From contig OZ024758.1 of the NCBI GenBank assembly GCA_964016885.1, positions 27,466,001 through 27,530,000 on the forward strand: a DNA stretch of 64,000 nucleotides, read 5' to 3'. The translations under genes were made by a program, and so were the position numbers. Shown piece after piece: positions 18,050-31,682 of this stretch (position 1 is its first letter; the number at the start of each line of letters is the position of its first letter). The notes under the pieces were generated by a model, which did not search any database, was not told the origin of the DNA, and saw only the letters and a list, made by a program, of their open reading frames with translations. The DNA is from Eledone cirrhosa. Taxonomy: Eukaryota.

Positions 18050-18500
18050 GTCGCCGCCATTACTACCACCACCACCATACCACCATACTACCACCACCAT
18101 CACCACCACCACCATACCACCCTTGCCACCCTTACCACCGCCATTACCACCACCATACCACCATACTACCACCATACCACCACCACCATACTACCACCAT
18201 ACCACCACCTCCACCACCATACCACCCTTACCACACTTACCACCACCACCATACCACCCTAACCACCATTACTACCACCACCACCGTACAACCATACCAC
18301 CACCACCATCTCCATACCACCGCCACCACCACCATACCACTCTTACCACCGCCATTACCACCACCACCATACTACCATACCACCACCACCATACCACCCT
18401 TACCGCCGCCATTACCACCACCACCATACTACCATACCACCACCACCACCACCATACCGACCTTACCGCCGCCATTACCACCACCACCACACCACCACCA
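18050..18500. repeat. (ACC)n-based degenerate triplet repeat
   Basis: ACC runs with recurring CCATAC and CTTACC units. Confidence 0.9.
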
Positions 18501-18563
18501 CACACATACTCTCCATTCACACATACACACCTTTTTTCTTCTTGTATAGTCAAAAGAAACTGA

Positions 18564-18607
<44 letters not shown>

Positions 18608-18611
<4 letters not shown>

Positions 18612-19199
18612 TGGCTGCCAACTCGTTTTCGAGTACGGCCACTACTTTATATCCATGTAGGAGAACCCCTACCGATGCGCTGAAGGAGTGTGACTTTTTA
18701 GTCCAGCCAGCGACTTGAAAACTCTGGTACAAACACTACACTTGTGACCATTATTGACACATAGTGCTGGGCCCATAGTACCATGTGACGATAAGTGCAG
18801 AGAGATCTCCAGATATAAAGCAATGCCTGTGCCGTGAAGCTTTTATAGTGAGCAAAGGCACTGCACAAAGCCAGTCCCACTCTCTTAACCAAGATGATAT
18901 TTACCAAACAGAAGAACAAGTCAACATCATTGGATACCATCAGGATTGCAGGTGTTATATCAGAGTTTTCCTTCTCCTAGAATTCTGCCTTGACAAAGGC
19001 TAAGGGGTCATCTCTCCCGGTGATTTTGGATGGCCATTGACTCTTAAGAGCTCCTTTGCCCTTTGACAGGTTTTGTTTTTAGTCCTGCAGGATGTCCAAA
19101 GTCACCCTCCTCACCAAGAAACCTTGGTGGGGTTGCCAGTTTAGTCGCCAACGACCCGACCATGAGACAGGTTGTACTGAGATACATGTTACCAGTAGC
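18608..19199 (-). mobile_element. RTE-derived short element, near full length
   Basis: Almost identical to 35921-36532, lacking about 20 nt at the 5' end. Confidence 0.72.
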
Positions 19200-19288
19200 A
19201 TATATATATACACTAAAAAATACAAACGTACACTCACAAATATGGTCGCCACCCTCTCTCTCTCTCTCTCTCTTTCTCTCTTTCTCTC

Positions 19289-19327
<39 letters not shown>

Positions 19328-19444
19328 TTCTCTCTTTCTCTCTTTCTCTCTCTTCTCTCTCTCTCTCTCTCTTATCTACATACATACATACATACATACA
19401 CACACATAAAGGCATAAGTCATACATACAAACACACTCTCTCTC

Positions 19445-20325
<881 letters not shown>

Positions 20326-20716
20326 CAATGATACAATGGTATATACAAAATACACATGTAGTGACAGCCGCATGTATGAACCCATAGCTGTATAAAGGCT
20401 AACAATACACAAACGCTGGCCATACACAACATCAATGGTGAGACTGCAGTCAGAGCACTTGACAGATTAAATAGTTCTGCAGTCTTTCTGTCGGCCATTC
20501 AAGCTCTTTGACTGCGTATGTATCTATGTAACATACTATATAACATAGTGTGTGTGTGTTGTGTATAGGTTAGTAGTATGTATGTTGATATTGTACAGCT
20601 CACATATATAAGGCGCACACATGCAGTACATACAGTCTGCTTACATATACATAAGCATATAGACATAGAAAGAAAGTACCCACGTCAGAGCATATATAAC
20701 AGTTTGTGTACACACG

Positions 20717-20790
<74 letters not shown>

Positions 20791-20862
20791 ATATATATAT
20801 ATATAAACATATATATATATATATGTTATATATATATATATATAAACATATATATATATATG

Positions 20863-20907
<45 letters not shown>

Positions 20908-20975
20908 ATATATATATATATAAACATATATATATATGTTATATATATATATATATAAACATATATATATATATG

Positions 20976-21021
<46 letters not shown>

Positions 21022-21029
21022 TATATATA

Positions 21030-21111
<82 letters not shown>

Positions 21112-21163
21112 TTATACATATAGACAAACACACACATACACATATATATATATGTATGTATAC

Positions 21164-21212
<49 letters not shown>

Positions 21213-21277
21213 GTTTATATATATATATATATATATACTTATACATATAGACAAACACACACATACACATATATATG

Positions 21278-21346
<69 letters not shown>

Positions 21347-21351
<5 letters not shown>

Positions 21352-21510
21352 ATATATAAGAACAAAAGATGGTTAAAAGAGAACTCTTTTAACCATCTTT
21401 TGTTCTCATATATTATGTATACTCCAGTCCTACAAACTGTAGAGTGCTTCTTATCCGATATCTGCATTGCTTTATTGTACTACAATAAAACTCACCTCCT
21501 ACATTATATA
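21347..21510 (+). mobile_element. Short fold-back palindrome with a one-sided tail (pLTR-like remnant)
   Basis: 21347-21418 is a near-perfect hairpin centred on GAGAACTC. The tail contains TGTAGAGTGCTTC. Flanked by (TA)n. Confidence 0.55.
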
Positions 21511-21527
21511 TATACATATATATATAT

Positions 21528-21941
21528 ATTGTTATACTTTGGGAGGGTCATGTTGCCAATAAGAAACATACACACCAGTTGCTTTCACTTCAATTTATTA
21601 TGTCACAACACACACAAAAACAAGATGGCGTAGGACAGAACAAAGGATAGGCACAAAACAAAGAAAAGAATCCCCAGTCACTGAAGAGATCACAGAATGT
21701 GTGACGAAAGAACTTTGACAATATATGAACAACCGTCCGGTTGTGGAACCAACCCAAAACCGGTAATTTATAAATTTAAAAAAAAAAATGTTTATTTATA
21801 ATTTAATTTATAATAAATTGGAGTGAAAGCAACTGGTGCGTGTGTTTCTTATTGGCAATATGACCCTCTCAAAGTATAACAATATCGGTTTCAACACACG
21901 TTTTCAGATAAAGAATCTTGCTAAACAAATTCAGAAACGAT
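21528..21941 (+). mobile_element. Penelope-like pLTR with inverted 5' duplication
   Basis: 21528-21601 is the reverse complement of about 21810-21882. Hammerhead at 21677. A second copy lies at 12.7-13.0 kb. Confidence 0.7.
21677..21719 (+). ncRNA. Minimal type I hammerhead ribozyme motif
   Basis: GTCA-CTGAAGA-GATCAC agaatgt GTGAC-GAA-AGAACT-T-TGAC. Confidence 0.7.
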
Positions 21942-21960
21942 ATATATATATATATATACA

Positions 21961-21999
<39 letters not shown>

Positions 22000-22014
<15 letters not shown>

Positions 22015-22525
22015 ACATATATGTATATATATATACATATAAACATATATGTATATGTATATATATATATAAACATATATGTATATGTATATATATATAC
22101 ATATAAACATATATGTATATGTATATATATATACATATAAACATATATGTATATGTATATATATATACATATAAACATATATGTATATGTATATATATAT
22201 ACATATAAACATATATGTATATATGTATATATATATACATATAAACATATATGTATATATATATATATATATACATATAAACATATATGTATATATATAT
22301 ATATATACATATAAACATATATGTATATGTATATATATATACATATAAACATATATGTATATGTATATATATATACATATAAACATATATGTATATATAT
22401 ATATACATATACATATAAACATATATGTATATGTATATATATATACATATAAACATATATGTATATATATATACATATAAACGTATATGTATATATATAT
22501 ACATATAAACATATATGTATATATA
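22000..22525. repeat. About 34-bp minisatellite ACATATAAACATATATGTATATGTATATATATAT
   Basis: Seen directly. Confidence 0.85.
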
Positions 22526-22548
22526 AATATACTTATACATATAGACAA

Positions 22549-22580
<32 letters not shown>

Positions 22581-22730
22581 TGGTGTATATGAAAGCATAT
22601 ACGAGATGTTTATGAGTAATAAACATACGAGAGGCTCGCTCTGAATGTTTTAAGGTAGATTAGATGTAAATGGCCATCACCAGCCGATATTTCATATGGA
22701 AAATTCCATATAAGCTTTACAGTGTGAATA

Positions 22731-22777
22731 AATGCTACTGATGACAGATAACAATCCAGAAACAGCTGTCTGACATT
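22731..22777 (+). ncRNA. Minimal type I hammerhead ribozyme motif
   Basis: AATGCTA-CTGATGA-cagat aaca atcca-GAA-ACAGCTGT-C-TGACATT. Palindromic stem III and a canonical GUC site. Stem II is partly mutated. Confidence 0.75.
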
Positions 22778-22891
22778 TTCACCGGCTTCTGAGATTGCTG
22801 AGACACGATCACAGCTTAAAACGTTCATTGCGAAACAGTTTTATGTTTAGCAAGCCCCTTGATTTGAAAACAGCGAACGAATTTTGAAATG

Positions 22892-23077
22892 TAGTAGAAA
22901 TAGAAGCTTTCGCCGTATTTTGACTAAAGAAATTAACCTGATAGTTTAAAACACTCTAAATGAAAAAGGATAAATATTGACTTATAACACTGATCCCCTC
23001 TCCATTTACAGGGTTTTAAACCCCACTATCATGCTAATTTCTTTAGTCAAAATACGGCGAAAGCTCTATTTCTACTA
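22892..23077. repeat. Long imperfect hairpin with a hammerhead 3' half (GAA-AGCT-C)
   Basis: TAGTAGAAATAGAAGCTTTCGCCGTATTTTGACTAAAGAAATTA pairs with TAATTTCTTTAGTCAAAATACGGCGAAAGCTCTATTTCTACTA. Confidence 0.75.
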
Positions 23078-23197
23078 ACGTTGTATGTTTGTTATACATA
23101 AAAAGATAGCATATGCATTCATGTACACTTCTATTCTGAACCACGCTATGATAGTGTTACTGCTAATTGCTCCTAGTCTGTAAAGTTCGCATTACTG

Positions 23198-23515
23198 CAG
23201 TCCTATCAACTCTCCCCGTCCGACGGGGGAGATCTCCCAGCCACTTTGGGGTGGGTGAAGAGATGTCTTCTCTTGTGAAAATGGGTTTAACTTTCATTAT
23301 GTATCTGAGTTCAAATCCCGCTGAGGTTGACTTTGCCTTTCATCCTTACGGGGTCGATAAAATAAAGTACCAGTAATGCACTGGGTAATTGCTGGCCTTA
23401 TGCCTAAAGTAGAAACAATTATGTAAAATTTCCCCGTTTGGCCTAATTTCTCCCCGTTTTGGAGCACTTTTTTTCATGGTACTCCCCGTTTGGGTTTTTA
23501 GAGGTTGGCAGGTTT
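23198..23515. mobile_element. MITE-like DNA element with TCCCCGT subterminal repeats, interrupted by a truncated SINE (about 23302-23421)
   Basis: Both halves match 52548-52650 and 53207-53292 in reverse orientation. The SINE is flanked by an ATTATGTA duplication. Confidence 0.65.
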
Positions 23516-23580
23516 GTTACTGGCTAAGCATTTGACCGACGCTTTAACGATTCTACCAAGTTACTGCCCTTACTAAACTG

Positions 23581-23870
23581 TAATAATTGTTTCTACTTTT
23601 GGCACAAGGCCAGCAATTATCCCAGTGCATTACTGGTATTTTATTTTATCGACCCCGTAAGGATGAAAGGCAAAGTCAACCTCGGCAGGATTTGAACTTA
23701 GAACATAAAGAGCCGTAACTCTTTGCTGCAAAGCATGGCGCCTGACTCTCTACTGATACTGTCAATCCACGTAATAAGGGTTTCTGATTTAGGCACAAGG
23801 CCTAACTGGTACTTTATTTTATCGACCCCGTATAGATAAATAGCAAAACTAACCTCGGCGGGATTTAGGA
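23581..23870 (-). mobile_element. tRNA-derived SINEs (one near full length, one partial)
   Basis: Reverse complement of the SINE consensus seen at 52.8 kb. Confidence 0.85.
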
Positions 23871-24136
23871 GATGGTGTACGATTTAGCCGATTCACCGTG
23901 TTAACCGAAGATAGAAGGTAATGTTGTTTACATATGTAATATTAAAAGTATGTATATGCTGATATACTGCATGCTGAGCATTAACAAAATTATAGAAAAT
24001 ACAGTCAATAAAAGACAGTAACTATATAAAATATGTTTTATATATACTAGCAGAAAAACCACGGTGGTGGTTTCGGGTGGTTTTCTGTTAAGGTCTCGTT
24101 CCTGGATATGTCAATATTTATAAAACAAGCTCTGTA

Positions 24137-24193
24137 TTTTATCTGATGAGAGTGTACCAAAGTTTTGGTACCCTTGAAATATATATAATAGAA
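24137..24193 (+). ncRNA. Minimal type I hammerhead ribozyme motif
   Basis: TTTTAT-CTGATGA-GAGTGTACCAAA gt TTTGGTACCCTT-GAA-ATATATAT-A-ATAGAA, overlapping AATAAA. Confidence 0.75.
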
Positions 24194-24641
24194 TAAATAT
24201 GGTTTTATAAATATAGTTTCCATTTATTAATATCACTAGCAGAAAAACCAACTTTCGGGTGGTTTTCTGCTAGCATGTGTAGTGTGTATATTGATATTAT
24301 ACGCAGGTATATATACATGTACTGTAGATATGATATCAAATAAAATCGTAATTGACAATATATAATACATAGAAATTGAACGAAGACTGCGTTACACTGT
24401 CTTCTGTAATCAGTAACGTAATCCATGATACATTAAAAAAGACGATATTATATATAAACTGCATTAGGAGAAAGTTAGTGACAGAAATATATGTATGTTT
24501 ATTTAAGCGATGGCCAACCGGAAGTGTTGACATTTCAGAAATTTTAAAGAAGTGAATCTTTAAATAAACAAAATATATTTAATCAACAGCCACGAAATTT
24601 AGTAGATAAATTATGTAATATTCATTCATTATTGATTCAAA

Positions 24642-24832
24642 GTGCGGTGGATTGGCAGTATCGGTAGAGGGTCGGACGCCATGCTTTGACGCATAGAGTT
24701 ACAGCCCTTTCCAATCTGAGTTCAAATCCCGCCGAGGTTAACTTTGCCTTTCATCCTTACGGGGTCGATAAAATAAAGTACCAGTAATGTACTGGATAAT
24801 TGCTGGCCTTGTGCCTAAAGTAGAAACAATTA
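24642..24832 (+). mobile_element. tRNA-derived SINE, full length
   Basis: A/B boxes, core and tail GGCCTTGTGCCTAAAGTAGAAACAATT. TSD ATTATT(G/T)ATTCAAAGT. Confidence 0.9.
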
Positions 24833-24974
24833 TTTATTCAAAGTAATCCAACTTATTTTACTAATGGAATAAAAAATTATAAACCGTACGCAGTCCCGCA
24901 CCCCTTACTTTATTATAGTTTAGATGTTGAAAACAATGAAAACAAAAGGCGACGTTTAGGTCTTAGTCAGTTCA

Positions 24975-25055
24975 TTGTTTTACGATCGTTTCAGAAACTT
25001 TATTGATCATGATAAATCGATATGGTGACTAATCGATAGTCTTCGTCAAAAACAA
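24975..25055 (-). ncRNA. Hammerhead ribozyme motif, UUGACGA core variant
   Basis: Minus strand: TTGTTT-TTGACGA-AGACT...AGTTTCT-GAA-ACGATCGT-A-AAACAA. Confidence 0.65.
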
Positions 25056-25099
25056 GAACTCTCATCATCTGATCTCGTTGGCATTAATATTTCTGGGGC

Positions 25100-25235
25100 A
25101 ATAGCCCTTTACGTTCTGAGTTCAAATCCTGCCGAGGTTAACTTTGCCTTTCATCCTTACGAGAGCGATAAAATAAAGTACCAGTAATGCACTGGAGGTA
25201 ATTGCTGGCCTTGTGCCAAAAGTAGAAACATTTAT
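25100..25235 (+). mobile_element. tRNA-derived SINE, 5'-truncated
   Basis: B-box, core and tail are present. Confidence 0.85.
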
Positions 25236-25369
25236 TACTTCTGAACTACTTGGAGTTCTAATAATATCATTGGCCCTTACCATAGACTGGTAGAAACCCG
25301 TGTAAAATATGTTTTATAAAATTCTGTCACAGTACAGCATGTAACAGATGTAGATGCAGCATTGTCGAA

Positions 25370-25700
25370 TATTTTAGTAGTTCACTTCGCAATCATTTCG
25401 CCCCGGTTCCAATCCCACTGCGTACCATCTTGGGTAAATATCCCTTACGATAACCTTCGATTGACTAATATCTTGCGAGTGAAATTTACTTGGAACCCCT
25501 TCAGATGGAATGTAGCTGTAATTTAAAGGGCCAGCCCTGTCATACACTGTTTAACGCTGAATCTCTCTGAGAATTCCGTAAAGGGTACACGTGTCTGTGG
25601 AATGCTCAGCCACTTTCACGCTAATTTCATGAACAAACTGTTCTGTTAATCAACCAGCTGAGAGATTCATTGTCGAAACCGACGGAGGTCCGTCCATTGA
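25370..25700 (+). mobile_element. Second SINE-like repeat family (related copy at about 31250-31520)
   Basis: B-box-like GGTTCCAATCCC. AAGGGTACACGTGT...CTCAGCCA...AATTTCATGA is shared with 31.4 kb. Confidence 0.55.
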
Positions 25701-26214
25701 TGAAAACGTTAAAATGTTAAAACTAAATTGTTAATTTAATTTACCAGTGGAAACTGATCTTAATGTGGTGGAAGTAGGGGAGAGGTAGAGGTAATAACTT
25801 ACCATACTGATTTAGTAGAACTATGATGTCCCCCCTCCTCTCACCTTCCCCACACTAATCGAAGTCTCGGATGACTAACAAGAGACTAACTAAAAGTAAA
25901 CAGCAGGTGGGTCATCAATATTTATTAGTAGACTTAACAGCCGCAGTAGTGTTGGAACCAATTGACTTAAAGAATAAGTCGAGTTACTGATGCGGTTTTC
26001 AGATAATGAACTGTTATTGATCATATTGATTACTTAATTTAGGCTCAAGGCCAGCAAATTTGGGGAAGGATAAAAGATAGGGTAAAGATCCCCTAACTTT
26101 TTGTGGAGTCGTAGAGGCGCCGTCATACGGCGTGTCTAGGGCACCTTTAAACCTGGCGGAGCCCAACGCTCTCCAGGTCAGAACACAGTCGATGTTTTTC
26201 TATAGAGGAAGAAT

Positions 26215-26362
26215 CGACCCCAGTACTAACCTGGTACTTTTTTTTATCAACCTCGAAGTGATGAAAGACAAAGTTGACCTCGGCGAGATTTGAACTCAGA
26301 ACGAAAAGAGCCAGAAAATACCGCAATATCATTTTATGCGATACTTTAACAATTCTACCAAT
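26215..26362 (-). mobile_element. tRNA-derived SINE, diverged
   Basis: Reverse core and B-box (GATTTGAACTCAG). Confidence 0.75.
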
Positions 26363-26413
26363 GCACCATTTATGATGTTGATAATATTGCTGCACATCAG
26401 TTTTCAGTTGATA

Positions 26414-28096
26414 AGTTAAAAGATTCACATAACATAAAAGTTTAAAAGATTCACATAACATAAAAGTTTAAAAGATTCACATAACATAAAAGTTTAAAAG
26501 ATTCACATAACATAAAAGTTTAAAAGATTCACGTCACATAAAAGTTAAAAGATTCACGTCACATAAAAGTTAAAAGATTCACATAACATAAAAGTTTAAA
26601 AGATTCACGTGACATAAAAGTTAAAAGATTCACATAACATAAAAGTTTAAAAGATTTACATAACATAAAGTTAAAAGATTCACATAACATAAAAGTTAAA
26701 AGATTCACATAACATAAAAGTTAAAAGATTCACATAACATAAAAGTTTAAAAGATTCACATAACATAAAAGTTAAAAGATTCACATAACATAAAAGTTTA
26801 AAAGATTCACATAACATAAAAGTTTAAAAGATTCACATAACATAAAAGTTAAAAGATTCACAAAACATAAAAGTTTAAAAGATTCACAAAACATAAAAGT
26901 TAAAAGATTCACATAACATAAAAGTTTAAAAGATTCACGTCACATAAAAGTTAAAAGATTCACGTGACATAAAAGTTAAAAGATTCACATAACATAAAAG
27001 TTTAAAAGATTTACATAACATAAAAGTTAAAAGATTCACAAAACATAAAAGTTTAAAAGATTCACAAAACATAAAAGTTTAAAAGATTCACATAACATAA
27101 AAGTTAAAAGATTCACATAACATAAAAGTTAAAAGATTCACATAACATAAAAGTTAAAAGATTCACATAACATAAAAGTTTAAAAGATTCACATAACATA
27201 AAAGTTTAAAAGATTCACATAACATAAAAGTTAAAAGATTCACGTGACATAAAAGTTTAAAAGATTCACATAACATAAAAGTTAAAAGATTCACATAACA
27301 TAAAAGTTAAAAGATTCACATAACATAAAAGTTTAAAAGATTCACATAACATAAAAGTTAAAAGATTCACATAACATAAAAGTTTAAAAGATTCACATAA
27401 CATAAAAGTTTAAAAGATTCACATAACATAAAAGTTAAAAGATTCACAAAACATAAAAGTTAAAAGATTCACAAAACATAAAAGTTTAAAAGATTCACAA
27501 AACATAAAAGTTTAAAAGATTCACATAACATAAAAGTTAAAAGATTCACATAACATAAAAGTTAAAAGATTCACATAACATAAAAGTTTAAAAGATTCAC
27601 GTCACATAAAAGTTAAAAGATTCACGTGACATAAAAGTTAAAAGATTCACATAACATAAAAGTTTAAAAGATTTACATAACATAAAAGTTAAAAGATTCA
27701 CAAAACATAAAAGTTTAAAATATTCACAAAACATAAAAGTTTAAAAGATTCACATAACATAAAAGTTAAAAGATTCACATAACATAAAAGTTAAAAGATT
27801 CACATAACATAAAAGTTTAAAAGATTCACATAACATAAAAGTTTAAAAGATTCACATAACATAAAAGTTAAAAGATTCACGTGACATAAAAGTTTAAAAG
27901 ATTCACATAACATAAAAGTTAAAAGATTCACATAACATAAAAGTTAAAAGATTCACATAACATAAAAGTTTAAAAGATTCACGTCACATAAAAGTTTAAA
28001 AGATTCACGTCACATAAAAGTTTAAAAGATTCACATAACATAAAAGTTTAAAAGATTCACATAACATAAAACTTATATAAGATTCACATAACATAA
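26414..28096. repeat. Minisatellite, 25-26-bp unit AAAAGATTCACATAACATAAAAGTT(T)
   Basis: Tens of tandem copies with recurrent CACGTC/CACGTG/CACAAA variants. Confidence 0.97.
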
Positions 28097-28450
28097 CCAC
28101 CTGTCATTGAATCCAAAATTCTTGACGTCCGTATTGCCTAACTAACTTGGTAGCAAGACATTAAATTGCTACAGCACGGACGTTGATATGAAAGGATCGT
28201 TAATAGATAAATCTCTTTGTCTCTGCTTGCACCAGTTAAGTATATTTTACACCTTTCATACACTAACTTGCACTAACATGTAATTAGTTCCCGTTTACAT
28301 TAACTTTATGTTTCAACGAAAATGTAAGAAGTTTATCCTTAACCTTACATGTATACGAAACTGTTCACTTTTAAACATCATACTGTTTAGGGACGCATTT
28401 CTGAATTGGTGGGGCCAAATTTTGGTCAATTTAATTGTAGTGATTAGTTT

Positions 28451-28935
28451 AGCTGTTATTATCAAACATCAACTACGATATAAAATAAAAAAATCGATAT
28501 GTGATAAACATAACATGTACATATATTGTAGCGTATATACAAATAGATGTGTGTTTTGGTAGTTTTGGGAGAAAAGTATAATTATTGTGGGGACCGCATG
28601 ATGCTCCCCCATTTCCACCGCCCCTGCTGTTCACAAAATCTTCCCACTGAAGAACCAGTCCCTAAATTCCTTATAATTACCAGTTATAGCTGTTATTATC
28701 AAACATCAACTACGATATAAAAAAAAAAAATCGATATGTGATAAACATAACATGTACATATATTGTAGCGTATATATAAATAGATGTGTGTTTTGGTAGT
28801 TTTGGGAGAAAAGTATAATTATTGTGGGGGATCGCATGATGCTCCCTATTCCCCCCCCACCCCACCCCACCCTGCTGTTCACAAAATCTTCCCACTGAAG
28901 AACCAGTCCCTAAATTCCTTATAAATACCAGTTAG
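28451..28935. repeat. Tandem duplication of about 238 bp
   Basis: AGCTGTTATTATCAAACATCAACTACGATAT at 28451 and 28688. Confidence 0.92.
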
Positions 28936-28999
28936 AGTTTCTCAGATGGTGGTAAACGTCTCTTCTTCAGGTCATTACTTCTCCCTGAAGCCATGTCGT

Positions 29000-29188
29000 A
29001 ATTGTTGCTACTTTTGGCACAAGGCCAGCAATTACCCAATGCATTACTGGTACTTTATTCTATCGACCCCGGAAGGATGAAAGGCAAAGTTAACCTCGGC
29101 GGGATTTGAACTCAGATCATACAGGGAGGTAACTCTATGCTTCAAAGCATGGCATCCGATCCTCTACCGATACTGCCAATCCACTGCC
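29000..29188 (-). mobile_element. tRNA-derived SINE, full length
   Basis: Near-identical reverse complement of 31770-31960. Confidence 0.9.
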
Positions 29189-29538
29189 ATATCGTAATGA
29201 AAGATCGAAAGATGTCCAATCATTGAAATATGAAAGACGATTGCAGACAATAGAAGTTGTGTTGTGTTGTATATGTTGTGCTATTGGTACAGACTCTACT
29301 GTCCTACCGTACTGAACCCACAACTATGAGGTAAATGTTAGTAAAACATATACATGACTTCTATTGTAGCCCAGGGTGAATAATACCCTGTGATTGGAAT
29401 TTGGCGGTGGAGACTCACGTCATATGTATATATATATGTATATATATAAGGATTAAAATACTGGAGCGTGTTGGAGTTAAACACCCTCTTCATATTATAG
29501 AAATGTATTGGCCGATAATACCTCTTGTTGTTTTAATT

Positions 29539-29576
29539 GCCCTGATGAGTCCTTAATAGGACGAAACATTGTTGGC
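29539..29576 (+). ncRNA. Minimal type I hammerhead ribozyme motif in a (TA)n-flanked island (29448-29625)
   Basis: GCC-CTGATGA-GTCC ttaata GGAC-GAA-ACATTGT-T-GGC, followed by TAATAAA. Confidence 0.85.
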
Positions 29577-29630
29577 TAATAAAGACTTTTGATGTATTGA
29601 AGGCTTCTTTGTTTTACTTTCATAATATAA

Positions 29631-29661
<31 letters not shown>

Positions 29662-29701
29662 CGTGTGCTTCTCTGTTTCTGGCTGATAGGTATGTGTATA
29701 T

Positions 29702-29761
<60 letters not shown>

Positions 29762-29771
29762 TTATCTATCT

Positions 29772-29982
29772 AAGGGTTGCACACTTATTTTCGGGGGTGT
29801 GTGCGACCCCCCAAGGCGCCTCCTCCCTATGGAGGATTTTGTTATAAAATTTATTTTGTTATATTGTATTTTATTTTTATACTTTGTTATTGCCTCCTCC
29901 ATATTGAGGACGCCTTGTTATGTAAACTCCCCCTATTGTACTTGTCCCACTTTTGATGCCCTGGTGGCAAATAAAAAGAAAG

Positions 29983-30038
<56 letters not shown>

Positions 30039-30394
30039 GGAAGAAGAATCAGGATGGAGAGAGAGGTACTGTACCCCAGCAAGTTTTATGAAAGGTGGGT
30101 GAAAGTGGCGAGAATGGCCCGAGTGAATGGGCCTTCTCTCTATATCAGCCTGTAGGTTGAGGAAAAGGAGGAGGAGAGGAAAGGAGTACAAGCTCTTCGT
30201 ACTCCTGGAGATGAGGGTTGCACATTTTTTTTCGGGGGTATGTGTTACCCATATAAACTGTCTCCCTCTATTAGGGAAAATCGACTAACTTTTAAATTCC
30301 ATCTGTGATAACATTTTACACGTTTTTATTGTATGTAAACTTCCCCCTTTGTATTTGTCCCCTTCTTTTGTGCCCCTGTGGCTAATAAAGAAAT
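29772..30394 (+). mobile_element. Two tandem 5'-truncated LINE 3' ends (Tx1/L1-like) in (TATC)n
   Basis: 29772-29982 and 30035-30394 share AGGGTTGCACA..TTTTCGGGGGT and TGTAAACT..CCCC..TTGTCC..GCCCT..AATAAA. The second keeps an ORF end RRIRMEREVL..FYERW. The clade call is tentative. Confidence 0.55.
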
Positions 30395-31682
30395 ATATCT
30401 ATCTATATATATATATATACATATTTAAGTACAAATATATGTGTGTGTACATACATACATATATAATATATATATGTGTGTGTGTCTGTGTGCGTGTGTA
30501 TGAGAGAGAGATACATGAATTCATACATGAATGGGAAACCATTAGATATATGTCACTTAAACTGTTCTAGTACATGGAACTGAAATCTATTTATCAAAAC
30601 CCCAATAAAGTAAAATGAAAGCAATGTAAAAGCAATGGAGACTAGTATCTTAAACAGCAGAAGGTGACGAGGTTGTTTTTCAATATAATGAAACGTTGGT
30701 AGATTTGATCGAACTGTCCAAAGAGAAATAATAGTTTCCATAGGCAATGGTGAACTCTCCTTCTCCTTTTCTTTCTCTCCCCTACTCTCTCCCACTTATC
30801 AAAAAGATGGCCATGTGTGTATTATTTGGGAGACTAAAGTGGTGCTTTTAAAAGCAGCCAATATTGTATTACAAGAACATATGATAGGGGAGGGGTAAAA
30901 TATCCACAGGCAACTATCCTAGGACTACATGTAATAATTTGATTGAAAGTCAGGAGAAAATAGGAGCATAAGTGAAGGGAAGTAAAGAATCTTGTGTCGC
31001 AAGTAATGAAAAGAGAAATTATACTCTATGACAGTATTTGAGAGATTGAAGTTTTACATTACAGAAAAGTTTATTGATTCAGTGTGGCTTTCTTCAAAAT
31101 GCAGTAGAAATGATAACAGTGATTGAAAGTGTTTCATCTCTTTCACGAGAACATAATTCTGTTGTCGAATGTTTCGGTGCATTCTAAAAGTTAAATAAGT
31201 ACTTAGTTCTTAAAGTATATTTTACACTGTAGATACAGCAAAGCGAAATGTTTAGGAAGTTTGTTTCACTATCATTAGGTCCAGAGGTCCAGAGCTCGAT
31301 ACCACTGTATGGCTTCTTAGGTAAGTGTCGTTTACTATTGTCTCGGGTCTACCGAAACCTTGTGAGGGAAATTAGGTAGGCAGAAAAGCCTCCATTAGAA
31401 ATTACGTTAAGGGTACACGTGTATGTGAAATACTCAGCCATTTTCACGTTAATTTCATGAGTTGATTATTCTGTTGATCGAATAATTCGAACACTCACCG
31501 TCGAAATAGATGGAAGACCCTTTCATCTTTTACACTAAAAAGAAATTCACACCAGTCACACGAAGTTTTAGTAATACCGAGACCTGAAATGTCTGAATAC
31601 ATGGGACACTAATATCGATAGTAAGGACCTTTTTAAACGTTGTATCCTACTATTTATGAGAAATGGTGATGTGGCGTAGTTC

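Noticed and set aside
24642-24740. tRNA genes at GAGTTCAAATCC B-boxes
   Set aside because: These are SINE heads with no cloverleaf, and they continue into the SINE core.
28928-28980. Minus-strand CTGAAGA...GAAAC hammerhead-like string
   Set aside because: Stem III, the NUH site and stem I cannot be formed convincingly.
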